A stretch of 64,000 bases of DNA from Burkholderiales bacterium (GCA_036274775.1 DASUFB010000029.1:37218-101217), one strand, 5' to 3'; shown: positions 11,262 through 20,556, counted from the first letter of the stretch. The notes: generated by a model not told the origin, from the letters alone. Numbers and translations are program-made.

Positions 11262-12302
11262 ATGGACATCGCTGAACTCCTGGCTTTCGTCGTCAAGAAC
11301 AAGGCGTCCGACCTGCACCTGTCGGCCGGCCTGCCGCCCATGATCCGCGTGCATGGCGACGTCAGACGCATCAATTTGCCGCCCATGGAGCACAAGGACG
11401 TGCACGCCATGATCTACGACATCATGAACGACGGCCAGCGCAAGTTCTACGAGGAAAACCTCGAGTGCGACTTCTCGTTCGCGATCCCGAACCTCGCGCG
11501 CTTCCGCGTCAACGCCTTCGTGCAGAACCGCGGCGCGGGCGCGGTCATGCGGACCATCCCGTCCAAGGTGCTGACGCTGGAGGAGCTCAAGGCACCGGCG
11601 ATCTTCAAGGAGATCGCGCAGTACCCGCGCGGCGTCGTGCTGGTGACCGGGCCGACGGGCTCGGGCAAGTCCACCACGCTGGCGGCGATGATCAACGACA
11701 TCAACGAGACCGAGATGGGCCACATCCTGACGGTCGAGGATCCGATCGAGTTCGTGCACGAATCGAAGAAATGCCTGATCAACCAGCGCGAGGTCGGGCC
11801 CCATACGCTGTCGTTCAACAACGCGCTGCGCAGCGCGCTGCGCGAGGACCCGGACATCATCCTGGTGGGCGAGCTGCGCGACCTGGAGACCATCCGGCTG
11901 GCGCTGACCGCGGCGGAAACCGGTCACCTGGTGTTCGGCACGCTGCACACCAGCTCGGCGGCCAAGACCGTGGACCGCATCATCGACGTGTTCCCGGCGG
12001 CGGAAAAGGAAATGGTGCGCGCGATGCTGTCCGAATCGCTGCGCGCGGTGATCTCGCAGACGCTGTGCAAGACCAAGGACGGCAGCGGCCGCGCGGCGGC
12101 GCATGAGATCATGATCGGCACGCCGGCCATCCGCAACCTGATCCGCGAGGCCAAGGTCGCGCAGATGTACTCGGCCATCCAGACCGGCCAGGGGCTCGGC
12201 ATGCAGACGCTGGACCAGAACCTCACCGACCTGGTCAAGCGCGGCGTCGTCTCCAAGGAAGAGGCGCGCTCCAAGGCCGCCAACAAGGACGCCTTCAACT
12301 AG
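11262..12302 (+). CDS. pilT: Type IV pilus twitching-motility ATPase PilT
   Basis: 346 aa. ASDLHLSAG, Walker A GPTGSGKST, AIRNLIRE motif. Confidence 0.93.
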   Translation: MDIAELLAFVVKNKASDLHLSAGLPPMIRVHGDVRRINLPPMEHKDVHAMIYDIMNDGQRKFYEENLECDFSFAIPNLARFRVNAFVQNRGAGAVMRTIPSKVLTLEELKAPAIFKEIAQYPRGVVLVTGPTGSGKSTTLAAMINDINETEMGHILTVEDPIEFVHESKKCLINQREVGPHTLSFNNALRSALREDPDIILVGELRDLETIRLALTAAETGHLVFGTLHTSSAAKTVDRIIDVFPAAEKEMVRAMLSESLRAVISQTLCKTKDGSGRAAAHEIMIGTPAIRNLIREAKVAQMYSAIQTGQGLGMQTLDQNLTDLVKRGVVSKEEARSKAANKDAFN

Positions 12303-12342
12303 GACGCGCGACGCCGCGGACTTCAATTCTCCGGAGTGGCAG

Positions 12343-13479
12343 ATGGAAAGAGACCAGGCCGTCAAATTCATACATGAGCTGCTGCGCGCGATGGTCGCGA
12401 AGAAGGCCTCCGACCTGTTCATCACGGCAGGCTTCCCGCCCGCCTTCAAGCTCGACGGCAAGATGACGCCGGTGTCGAACCAGAGCCTCACGCCGCAGCA
12501 CACCCAGGAGCTCGCGCGCTCGCTGATGAACGACAAGCAGGCCCAGGAGTTCGAGGCCACGCGCGAATGCAACTTCGCCATCAACCCGCCGGGCATCGGC
12601 CGCTTCCGCGTGAACGCGTTCGTGCAGCAACAGCGCGTGGGCATCGTGCTGCGCACGATCACCACCGCCATCCCGAAGATCGATGACCTCGGCCTGCCGC
12701 CGGTGCTGAAGGACGTGGCCATGACCAAGCGCGGCCTGGTCATCATGGTCGGCGGCACGGGCTCGGGCAAGTCCACCTCGCTGGCGGCGATGATCGGCTA
12801 CCGCAACGAGAACAGCTACGGCCACATCATCACCATCGAGGACCCGATCGAGTACGTGCACGACCACAAGAACTGCCTGATCACGCAGCGCGAGGTCGGC
12901 GTGGACACCGAATCCTGGGAGGCCGCGCTGAAGAACACGCTGCGCCAGGCGCCGGACGTGATCCTGATCGGCGAAATCCGCGAGCGCGAGACCATGGAGC
13001 ACGCCATCGCCTTTGCCGAAACCGGCCACCTGTGCATGGGCACGCTGCATGCCAACAGCGCCAACCAGGCGCTGGACCGCATCATCAACTTCTTCCCCGA
13101 GGAGCGGCGCGCGCAGCTGCTGATGGACCTGTCGCTGAACTTGAAGGGCCTGATCTCGCAGCGCCTGATTCCGCTGAAGGACGCCAAGGGCCGCGCCGCC
13201 GCCATCGAGATCCTGCTGAACTCCCCGCTGATCTCCGACCTGATCTTCAAGGGCGAGGTGCACGAGATCAAGGAAATCATGAAGAAATCGCGCGAGCTCG
13301 GCATGCAGACCTTCGACCAGGCGCTGTTCGACCTCTACGAGGCCGGCAAGATCGGCTACGAGGACGCCATGCGCAACGCCGACTCCATGAACGAGCTGCG
13401 CCTGCAGATCAAGCTGCACGGCAAGGAAGCCAAGGACCGCGACCTCACCACGGGCGTGGACCATCTGAACATCGTCTGA
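12343..13479 (+). CDS. pilU: Type IV pilus ATPase PilU
   Basis: 378 aa PilT paralogue directly downstream of pilT. Walker A GGTGSGKST. Confidence 0.88.
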   Translation: MERDQAVKFIHELLRAMVAKKASDLFITAGFPPAFKLDGKMTPVSNQSLTPQHTQELARSLMNDKQAQEFEATRECNFAINPPGIGRFRVNAFVQQQRVGIVLRTITTAIPKIDDLGLPPVLKDVAMTKRGLVIMVGGTGSGKSTSLAAMIGYRNENSYGHIITIEDPIEYVHDHKNCLITQREVGVDTESWEAALKNTLRQAPDVILIGEIRERETMEHAIAFAETGHLCMGTLHANSANQALDRIINFFPEERRAQLLMDLSLNLKGLISQRLIPLKDAKGRAAAIEILLNSPLISDLIFKGEVHEIKEIMKKSRELGMQTFDQALFDLYEAGKIGYEDAMRNADSMNELRLQIKLHGKEAKDRDLTTGVDHLNIV

Positions 13480-13483
13480 CGAC

Positions 13484-13603
13484 AGGACTGAGGTCCGAGG
13501 ACTGAGGATTCGTTTCAATACCCCCCCTGAGGGGTACTGAGTTAGCATTAGTTCGCTCGAGTCAGGTTCCTGACTCGGTCCTCAGCACTCAGCCCTCAGT
13601 CCT
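13484..13603. repeat. Variable-arm inverted-repeat element (ACTGAGG-type arms)
   Basis: Left arm AGGACTGAGGTCCGAGGACTGAGGA (13484-13508). Right arm GGTCCTCAGCACTCAGCCCTCAGTCCT (13577-13603). About 21 of 25 positions are complementary. An inner perfect hairpin CGAGTCAGG-TT-CCTGACTCG lies at 13558-13577. Confidence 0.85.
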
Positions 13604-14758
13604 TTTCTCGCGCCGCATCGCGCCGGAAACCATCCTGAACTCGTACAGCCGGCATTCCAGCGCGCCGTTGTACAGCGGCATGCGCTTCGAGGCCGACAGG
13701 CCGATGAGCTTCGGCAGGCGCAGGTCGGCGGTGAACAGGTAGGCGCGCCAGCCCGCGAATTTCTTCTTCAGCACGTCGCCGAGCTTCGGGTAGAACGCGG
13801 CAAGGTCGTCCTGCCCGCCGATGCGCACGCCGTAGGGCGGATTCGCCACCAGCACGCCTTCCGGCGCCGGCGCCGAGATTTCCAGCACGTTCGCCTGCTT
13901 CAGGCTGACGGCCTCGCCGAGGCCGGCGGCGGCGAGGTTCTCGCGCGCCAGCTTCAGCGCGTCCCCGTACAGGTCGCTGCCGAACAGGCCGGCCTGCACT
14001 TGCGGCGCAGCACGCAATGCCGCGGCAGCCTTGATTGCCTTCCAGGTTGCCGCATCGAAGTCCCTGAGCTTCTCGAACGCGAAATGCCGCTGCGAGCCCG
14101 GAGCGATGCCGCGGGCGATGCGCGCGGCCTCGATCAGCAGGGTGCCGCCGCCGCACATCGGATCCAGCAGCGGCACCGCCGGCGTCCAGCCGCTGAGCGC
14201 CAGGATGCCGGCCGCGAGGTTCTCGCGCAGCGGTGCCTCGCCGACGTGCCGGGGGCCGCGCCTGAACAGCGGCTCGCCGGAAGTGTCGAGGTAGAGGGTG
14301 AATCGCTCGGCCTCGAGGAAGGCGTGGATGCGCACGTCCGGCGCGGCCGTGTCCACGCTCGGGCGCCTGCCCGCCTGGGCGCGGAACTTGTCGCAGACGG
14401 CATCCTTGATGCGCAGCGTGACGTACTCGAGGCTTTTCAGCGGGCTCGCGATCGCGGAGACGTTCACGCGGATCGTCAGCCCGGCGTCGAATTGCGCGTT
14501 CCAATCGAGCGCGTTGACGCCGCGGTAGATGTCGTCCTCGCCGCGGTAACGCCCCTGCGCGACCCGGCGCAGCACGCGGCTCGCGATGCGGCTGTGCAGG
14601 TTCGCCGCGTACGCGAGCGAGGTGGCACCCGCGAACCCCACGCCGCCCTCGGCCGGCTCGATCGCCGCCGCGCCGAGCGCCGCCAGCTCCTGCGCCAGCA
14701 CGCTCTCCAGCCCGCGCGGGCACGGCGCGAAAAACTTCTCCTCGCTCGCTCTCGTCAT
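13589..14758 (-). CDS. THUMP-domain class I SAM-dependent RNA methyltransferase (RlmL/COG0116-like)
   Basis: 389 aa. THUMP N-terminus, SAM motif DPMCGGGTLLIEAA, catalytic NPPYG. Confidence 0.85.
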   Translation of the reverse strand: MTRASEEKFFAPCPRGLESVLAQELAALGAAAIEPAEGGVGFAGATSLAYAANLHSRIASRVLRRVAQGRYRGEDDIYRGVNALDWNAQFDAGLTIRVNVSAIASPLKSLEYVTLRIKDAVCDKFRAQAGRRPSVDTAAPDVRIHAFLEAERFTLYLDTSGEPLFRRGPRHVGEAPLRENLAAGILALSGWTPAVPLLDPMCGGGTLLIEAARIARGIAPGSQRHFAFEKLRDFDAATWKAIKAAAALRAAPQVQAGLFGSDLYGDALKLARENLAAAGLGEAVSLKQANVLEISAPAPEGVLVANPPYGVRIGGQDDLAAFYPKLGDVLKKKFAGWRAYLFTADLRLPKLIGLSASKRMPLYNGALECRLYEFRMVSGAMRREKRTEG

Positions 14759-14770
14759 TTATCGCTTGTT

Positions 14771-14923
14771 CACCGCGGAGGCACAGAGATCACAGAGGAA
14801 GGCGTACGAAAGAAATTTCCTCAAACCCGGGCGACGCAATGGATACATGCCACCTTCCCATCTCGATTTCGATTCTGCGTTCTTGACACTGAAGTTCTCC
14901 GTGCCCTCTGTGCCTCTGTGGTG
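14771..14923. repeat. Variable-arm inverted-repeat element (CACAGAGG-type arms)
   Basis: Left arm CACCGCGGAGGCACAGAGATCACAGAGGAAGG (14771-14802). Right arm TTCTCCGTGCCCTCTGTGCCTCTGTGGTG (14895-14923). Arms are 9-bp tandem sub-repeats. It fills the HIRAN-gene to methyltransferase-gene spacer. Confidence 0.85.
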
Positions 14924-14929
14924 CCCGCC

Positions 14930-15307
14930 CTAGAGTCGCAGGAAAACTTCGAACTCGATCCGCTTCCAGGGATCGCGGCTCCTGTTCAGGCGCACGATGC
15001 GCGCCTCGAGCCGGTTGCCGCGGTCGAGCTGGCGGGCGACGGCCTCGTTCTGCGCCTTCGGCACATAGCCCAGCTTGTGGCCGTTCCAGTCCACGCGCAC
15101 GGCGCGCGGGTCGTAGGCGTTGTCGGGCTCGCGCACCAGCGTGAGCTCGTCGCCGACCTGCATCTGCGCCCAGAGACGTTTGCCCTCATGGAACTGGAAG
15201 CCCGCCACCGGCGAGTTCTGCACCAGGATGCGGGTCGCCGCCGGCCCGGCGATCGCGGCGGCGGATGCCGCGAGCGCGATGAGCAGGACGAGGGCGCGCG
15301 CGCGCAT
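14930..15307 (-). CDS. HIRAN domain protein with N-terminal signal peptide
   Basis: ATG at 15307 (MRARALVLLIALAASAAAIAG...). VAGFQFHEG...LVREPDNAYDPRAVRVDWNGHKLGYVP matches the HIRAN domain pattern. The longer 232-aa ORF version is an Arg-rich artefact. Confidence 0.7.
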   Translation of the reverse strand: MRARALVLLIALAASAAAIAGPAATRILVQNSPVAGFQFHEGKRLWAQMQVGDELTLVREPDNAYDPRAVRVDWNGHKLGYVPKAQNEAVARQLDRGNRLEARIVRLNRSRDPWKRIEFEVFLRL

Positions 15308-15723
15308 CAGAAGGGCTGCAGCTCGACGAGCAGGACGATGGCGACCAGGATGACGACCGGCAGCTCGTTCAGCCAGCGGTAGAACACGTGGCCGTGGCGG
15401 TTGCGGTCGTGCCGGAAGTCGAGCAGCAGCTTGCCGCAGTAGGCATGGTAGGCGACCAGCACCGCCACCAGCGCGAGCTTCGCGTGCAGCCAGCCGCCGC
15501 GGAAGCCGTATCCCAGCCACAACCACAGGCCGAAGGCGATGGTCAGCACGGCGCCCGGGGTCATGATGCCGAAGAACAGCTTCCTCTCCATGACCTTGAA
15601 GCGCTCGCGCCCGGGCTCGTCCTCGCACGTCGCGTGGTAGACGAACAACCGCGGCAGGTAGAACAGGCCCGCGAACCAGGCCACCATGAAGACGATGTGG
15701 AAGGACTTGATGGCGAGCATCAT
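15307..15723 (-). CDS. hemJ: Protoporphyrinogen IX oxidase HemJ family (UPF0093) membrane protein
   Basis: 138 aa, 4 TM segments. KSFHIVFMVAWFAGLFYLPRLFVYH is typical of HemJ. Its stop shares 1 nt with the HIRAN gene ATG (TGATG). Confidence 0.8.
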   Translation of the reverse strand: MMLAIKSFHIVFMVAWFAGLFYLPRLFVYHATCEDEPGRERFKVMERKLFFGIMTPGAVLTIAFGLWLWLGYGFRGGWLHAKLALVAVLVAYHAYCGKLLLDFRHDRNRHGHVFYRWLNELPVVILVAIVLLVELQPF

Positions 15724-15736
15724 CGTCGCGCTCCTT

Positions 15737-16345
15737 TCAATCCCGGCAGTGCCGCTCGACCAGGCGCTGCAGCGTGACCAGGCTGCCGTGGAAGAAATGC
15801 CCCGCGCCCGGCAGCACGATCACCGGCAGCGATTGCGGGCGCGCCCAGTCGAGCACGTCCCCCAGCGGCACGACGTCGTCCTCCTCGCCGTGCACGACCA
15901 GCGTGCTTTCGGGCACGTCGCCCACCGGGAAGCGGCCGACCGCCGGAGCCGCGAGCGCGAGGTGCCCGGGCCGCAGCTTCTGCGCCGCGGCCGCGGCCAC
16001 GAATCCGCCGAAGGAAAATCCGCCGATTGCGAGCTCGCCGCCGTAGATGCGCTTCGCGTAGTCCGCCAGCGCCAGGAAATCCTCGGTCTCGCCGCGCCCC
16101 TCGTCGAACACACCCTCGCTCGCGCCGACGCCGCGGAAATTCAGGCGCAGCGCGCAGTAGCCGAGCGCGTGAAACGCCTTCGCCAGCGTCTGCACGACCT
16201 TGTTGTCGAGCGTGCCGCCGTACAGCGGGTGCGGATGCGCGACGAGCGCGACGCCGCGCCGGCCGCCGCCCGGATCGTTGACGGCGACCTCGATCGCGCC
16301 GGCGGGCCCGTCGATGGAAAGCTTCTGCGTGGCCGCAGGCTTCAA
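15737..16345 (-). CDS. Alpha/beta hydrolase (COG2945-like)
   Basis: 202 aa. HPHPLYGGTLDNKVV and nucleophile elbow GFSFGG. Confidence 0.7.
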   Translation of the reverse strand: MKPAATQKLSIDGPAGAIEVAVNDPGGGRRGVALVAHPHPLYGGTLDNKVVQTLAKAFHALGYCALRLNFRGVGASEGVFDEGRGETEDFLALADYAKRIYGGELAIGGFSFGGFVAAAAAQKLRPGHLALAAPAVGRFPVGDVPESTLVVHGEEDDVVPLGDVLDWARPQSLPVIVLPGAGHFFHGSLVTLQRLVERHCRD

Positions 16346-16650
16346 ATGCGCAGCCGCTCGACCACGCGGCCGTTTTTCAGGTGCTCTTCGATGATCTCGT
16401 CGATGTCGTGCCGGTCGACGTAGGTATACCAGACTTCCTCGGGATAGACGACGATGACCGGCCCCTCCTCGCAGCGGTCGAGGCAGCCGGCCTGGTTGAT
16501 GCGCACCTTGCCCTTGCCGGCGAGCTTGAGCTCCTTGACCTGCTTCTTCGCGTAGTCGCGCATGGCCTGCGCGTCGTGGTCGGCGCAGCAGGCTTCCCCG
16601 TTCTTGCGCTGGTTGCAGCAGAAGAACACGTGATGGCTGTAGTAACTCAA
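16342..16650 (-). CDS. Thioredoxin-like [2Fe-2S] ferredoxin
   Basis: 102 aa with a TTG start. Cys pattern FFCCNQR...CC...GCLDRC. Confidence 0.75.
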   Translation of the reverse strand: MSYYSHHVFFCCNQRKNGEACCADHDAQAMRDYAKKQVKELKLAGKGKVRINQAGCLDRCEEGPVIVVYPEEVWYTYVDRHDIDEIIEEHLKNGRVVERLRI

Positions 16651-16664
16651 AATAATTCTCTCTT

Positions 16665-16827
16665 CACCACGGAGGACACGGAGAGCACGGAGGAAAACGA
16701 CGATAGAAAGGAATTCGGGAACCCTCTCCCGCAGCCAGTGCCGGGAGGTCGCACATCAACCCGGACCGACTTGGCGCTTGACACCCCCAAGCCTGGTTTT
16801 CTCCGCGCTCTCCGTGTCCTCCGTGGT
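16665..16827. repeat. Variable-arm inverted-repeat element (CACGGAGG-type arms)
   Basis: Left arm CACCACGGAGGACACGGAGAGCACGGAGGAAAAC (16665-16698). Right arm GTTTTCTCCGCGCTCTCCGTGTCCTCCGTGGT (16796-16827). Nearly perfect complementarity (about 31 of 33). Confidence 0.9.
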
Positions 16828-16860
16828 TCATGAACGCCCAAGAAGGCGGGGTGCCTTGCA

Positions 16861-17214
16861 TTATAAGCCGCGCGTAGGAGGATACTTGATCGCGTTCAGG
16901 CCGATTTTCTCGCGCGCGGCCGCGGCGAGGTCGATGTCGAGCGCGTCCGCGAGGCGCACGAGGTACAGCAGCACGTCGGCGAGCTCGTGCGCGATCTCGC
17001 GCCGCGCGGCCGCGTCTGGCGCGGCGCTCTGCTCCGCCGTGAGCCACTGGAAGTGCTCCATGACCTCCGCGGCCTCGATGGCCACCGACATCGCGAGGTT
17101 CTTGGGTGTGTGGAAGCGCTCCCAGTCGCGCTCGGCGGCGAAGCGGCGCAGCCGCAGCTTCAGGTCCTCGAGGCCGTCGGTTGGCGCCGGCATGCCGCTG
17201 CTTCGGTCCATCAT
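16861..17214 (-). CDS. MazG-like nucleotide pyrophosphohydrolase
   Basis: 117 aa. RDWERFHTPKNLAMSVAIEAAEVMEHFQW and ELADVLLYLVRLA motifs. Confidence 0.8.
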   Translation of the reverse strand: MMDRSSGMPAPTDGLEDLKLRLRRFAAERDWERFHTPKNLAMSVAIEAAEVMEHFQWLTAEQSAAPDAAARREIAHELADVLLYLVRLADALDIDLAAAAREKIGLNAIKYPPTRGL

Positions 17215-17227
17215 GGTCGGGTCCGCA

Positions 17228-18337
17228 TCAGGTGGGGGAACGCGCCGGCGTGCCGCCGTTGCGCAACAGGTAGAGCACGCACGCCAGCGCGAGCGGCGTC
17301 CAGCACGAAGACAACAGGCCGGTCATGGCATTGAAATGCAGGAACTGCCCGCGCTGCAGGATCTTCAGGGCGGCGACCAGGTAGGGGTTCTGCGGCGCGA
17401 GGTTCACCAGGACGAGCGCGGCGCCCAGGCAGAGCAGGCAGGCGCGCAGGGCCGGGGCGCCCGACAGGCGCGCGAGCGGCAGCCACGCCATGACGCCGAT
17501 CACCAGCCCGAGCACGGATCCGGGCGTGAGCCACAGCCCGGGATCGCCGGGCACGAACAGCGCCATCGACGCGATGGTCTTCAGCACGAGGGCCGCGACG
17601 ACGAGCGCGGTCAGCGATACCGCGGTCGCACCGAACGAGGTCGCGACCCCGCCCAGCAGGAAGGCGACGCCGGCGAAGTTCAGCGCGGCCACGCCGGCTT
17701 CCAGCAACAGGTAGACGTCGGCCGAATAACGCACGCCGAAATCCGCGGGCACGAGCTGGCGCAGGTCGCCGTTGCCGAACAGCCAGATGTCGGCGTTGAG
17801 TTGCGTGAGCAGCCACAGCGCGAGCAGCGCGAACGCGACGTCGACGCGCGCGCCGGGCCGGAAATGGCGCACGCGCAGGCGGTGCAGCTCCCCGGACAGC
17901 AGCCAGCGCTCGCCCCATGCCACGGCCACTGCCGCACCCCAGAAGGCACCGAGCGCGTTCGTCAGCACGTCGAGGTTCGAGGCGATGCGCGCCGGCAGGT
18001 AGGCCTGCACGTACTCCAGCGCCACGCTGAGCAGCACGGCCGCGCCCACGCCGAGCGCCACGGCGGCGGCGCGCCGCGCGCGCGCCATCCAGGACAGCGT
18101 CAACAACATGCCGAGCGGCGCGTAGGCGAGGATGTTCAGCACCACGTCGGAAGCGAGGATGTACGGCGGCCATCCCGCGAGCAGGAAGCGCCGGGCTTCC
18201 GCATTGGGCACGCGCCAGCCGCTGAACGGATACAGGCTGGCATACACCACCAGCAGCAGGTAAGCTACGGCGAGGTAGTTGACCAGCCTGGAGGCCCGCG
18301 CCGGGCGCGCGGATGCGTAGGAAAGCGAGCCGCTCAT
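17228..18337 (-). CDS. VanZ family membrane protein (long form)
   Basis: ATG at 18337 (MSGSLSYAS...) within ORF 17228..19225. VanZ-like N-terminal TM region (DVVLNILAYAPLG, SNLDVLTNALG) plus extra C-terminal TM segments. The upstream part of the ORF lies antisense to the next gene. Confidence 0.65.
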   Translation of the reverse strand: MSGSLSYASARPARASRLVNYLAVAYLLLVVYASLYPFSGWRVPNAEARRFLLAGWPPYILASDVVLNILAYAPLGMLLTLSWMARARRAAAVALGVGAAVLLSVALEYVQAYLPARIASNLDVLTNALGAFWGAAVAVAWGERWLLSGELHRLRVRHFRPGARVDVAFALLALWLLTQLNADIWLFGNGDLRQLVPADFGVRYSADVYLLLEAGVAALNFAGVAFLLGGVATSFGATAVSLTALVVAALVLKTIASMALFVPGDPGLWLTPGSVLGLVIGVMAWLPLARLSGAPALRACLLCLGAALVLVNLAPQNPYLVAALKILQRGQFLHFNAMTGLLSSCWTPLALACVLYLLRNGGTPARSPT

Positions 18338-18391
18338 CTGTGTTGGCTTGTGCCGGGCGCGCAACCGGGCTTGCGCGGCGGACGGCAACGC

Positions 18392-19345
18392 ATGGGATTC
18401 TATGACATCTTCAACGGCGACGCCGACGGCCTGTGCGCGCTGCACCAGCTGCGGCTCGCCGAGCCCCGCGAATCCGTGCTGGTCACCGGCGTCAAGCGCG
18501 ACGTCGCGCTGCTCGCGCGCGTGGCGCCGGCGGCCGGCGACGAGCTGACCGTCCTCGACATCTCCCTGGACGCCAATCGCGAAGCGCTGCAGCGCGTGCT
18601 GCATGCCGGCGCGCGCGTGCGCTACTTCGACCACCATTTCGCCGGCGAGGTGCCGCGGCACCCGCTGCTCGAGGCCCACCTGGATTTTTCCGCGTCGACC
18701 TGCACCAGCCTGATCGTCGACGGTTTCCTCGGCGGGCGCCACAAGGCCTGGGCGGTCGCCGCGGCCTTCGGCGACAACCTCGGCGCCCGGGCAGGCGAGG
18801 AGGCGGCCGCGCTCGGGCTCGGCGCGGCCGAGGTCGCGGCGCTGCGCGAGCTCGGGGAATGCCTGAACTACAACGCCTACGGGCGCGATCTCGCCGACCT
18901 GCACTTTCACCCCGCCGACCTGTACCGCAGCATGCGCGCCTTCGAGGATCCGCTCGATTTCCACGCGCGCTCGGCGGAGCTCGGCGTGCTGCGACATGCG
19001 GTGGCCGATGACATGCGCCGCGCGCTCGCGCTCGTGGCCGAAAACGTGGGGAATCGCGCCCTGCTCGTGCGCATGCCCGACGAAGCCTGGAGCCGGCGCG
19101 TGGCCGGGACGTTCGCCAATGCGCTGGCGCGCCGGCACGCGGATCGCATCGTGGCGCTGCTGGTGCACGCCGGTGACGGCTACCAGGTCAGCCTGCGCGC
19201 GCCGGAAGGCGGCGGCGGCATGCACCTCATCGCGCGCAGCTTCGAGGGCGGCAACGGCCGCGAGCGCGCCGCCGGCATCCAGTTCCTGCCGCGAGCGGAC
19301 GTGCCGAAGCTGCTGGCGCTGCTGGCCACGCCGCCACCCGCCTAG
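18392..19345 (+). CDS. DHH-family phosphoesterase-like protein
   Basis: ATG at 18392 (MGFYDIFNGDADGLCALHQL...DHHF) inside the 855-aa ORF 16778..19345. Only the last 317 codons look like a real protein. Confidence 0.5.
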   Translation: MGFYDIFNGDADGLCALHQLRLAEPRESVLVTGVKRDVALLARVAPAAGDELTVLDISLDANREALQRVLHAGARVRYFDHHFAGEVPRHPLLEAHLDFSASTCTSLIVDGFLGGRHKAWAVAAAFGDNLGARAGEEAAALGLGAAEVAALRELGECLNYNAYGRDLADLHFHPADLYRSMRAFEDPLDFHARSAELGVLRHAVADDMRRALALVAENVGNRALLVRMPDEAWSRRVAGTFANALARRHADRIVALLVHAGDGYQVSLRAPEGGGGMHLIARSFEGGNGRERAAGIQFLPRADVPKLLALLATPPPA

Positions 19346-19367
19346 GCGGCGCGGCGGGCCGGCAAGG

Positions 19368-20423
19368 CTACTTCGCCTTGATCTCGGTCCAGATCCTGTT
19401 GAGGAGCTGGCGCTCCTTCTTGTTCATGTCCTTGAGCTGCTCCAGGCGCCTGGCGGATTCGGCGTCCGGGAACACGGCCTTGATCGACTTGATCTCGGGC
19501 TTGATGTACTGCATCGCTTCGGCGTTCGGGTTGCCCGAGCCGGTGATGTTGGTCAGCGCCGCGGAGTTCCTGCCCTCGAGCATGAAGTTGATGAACTTGT
19601 GCGCGAGGTCGGGACGCGGTGCGGTTTTCGCGATGACCATCGCGTCCAGCGCCAGCACAGCGCCTTCTTTGGGCAGGGCATGGCGGATGCGGAACTTCTG
19701 CTTCGCCTCCTGCGCGCCGGCATCGGCCTGGAAGATGTCGTTCGAGTAGCCGTGCACGACCCAGATGTTGCCGGTCGACAGCTCCTTGATGTAGCCCTGC
19801 GCCATGAAGGCGGCCCAGTAGGGCTTGGCCTTCAGGATGACGTCCCTGGCCTGCTGCCAGTGCGCCGGGTCGCGGTCGTTGACCGAGTAGCCGAGGTACT
19901 TCAGCGCGGCGGCCATGACCTCGGCCTGGCTGTCGAGCACCGTGACCTTGCCCTTGATCTTCTGCAGGATCTTCGGGTCGAAGATCACCGCCCAGGAATC
20001 CACGGTGATGCCCAGCGCCTTCATCTTCGCGTCGTTGTAGCCGATCAGCGTGATCGACATCGCGTAGGGCACCGAGTACCTGTTGCCCGGGTCGAAGTCC
20101 GTGTTCAGGTAGGCCGGCATCAGGTTCTTGAAGTTGGGCAGCTTGCTCCTGTCGAGCGGCTGCAGCCAGCCGGCCTTGGCCATGCCCGCGACGTAGTTCG
20201 ACGTCGGCACCATGACGTCGTAGCCCTTCGCGCCGGCCGCGAGCTTGGCCACCAGCTCCTCGTTGTCGCCGTAGAAGTCCTGCACCACCTTGCACTTGCA
20301 CTGCGCCTCGAAGCCCTTCACGGCCTCCGGCGCGATGTAGTCGTTCCAGTTGTACAGGTGCAGCTCGTCGTCGGCAGCCGCCGGCAGGCTGGCGCACAGC
20401 AGCAGCCACAACAGTCTTTTCAT
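19368..20423 (-). CDS. potD: Spermidine/putrescine ABC transporter periplasmic binding protein
   Basis: ATG at 20423 (MKRLLWLLLCASLPAAA, signal peptide). PotD/PotF-like sequence (LHLYNWNDYIAPE...). Confidence 0.85.
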   Translation of the reverse strand: MKRLLWLLLCASLPAAADDELHLYNWNDYIAPEAVKGFEAQCKCKVVQDFYGDNEELVAKLAAGAKGYDVMVPTSNYVAGMAKAGWLQPLDRSKLPNFKNLMPAYLNTDFDPGNRYSVPYAMSITLIGYNDAKMKALGITVDSWAVIFDPKILQKIKGKVTVLDSQAEVMAAALKYLGYSVNDRDPAHWQQARDVILKAKPYWAAFMAQGYIKELSTGNIWVVHGYSNDIFQADAGAQEAKQKFRIRHALPKEGAVLALDAMVIAKTAPRPDLAHKFINFMLEGRNSAALTNITGSGNPNAEAMQYIKPEIKSIKAVFPDAESARRLEQLKDMNKKERQLLNRIWTEIKAK

Positions 20424-20556
20424 GCGGTTTCCCCGGAATGTCGGACCGCTCGAGACGGCGGCCACGCGGACGCCGGTAGATTAGGCAATGCCGGCGCGGG
20501 CGTCCAGAGCCCGCCTCCGGCGCAATGCTACGATGGCGCCCTCGCGGCATCGGCCG

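Noticed and set aside
16778-19345. 855-aa plus-strand ORF taken at full length
   Set aside because: The first 538 codons are antisense to the mazG-like and VanZ genes and look like GC-shadow sequence. Only the segment from the ATG at 18392 (MGFYDIFNGDADG...) has protein-like composition.
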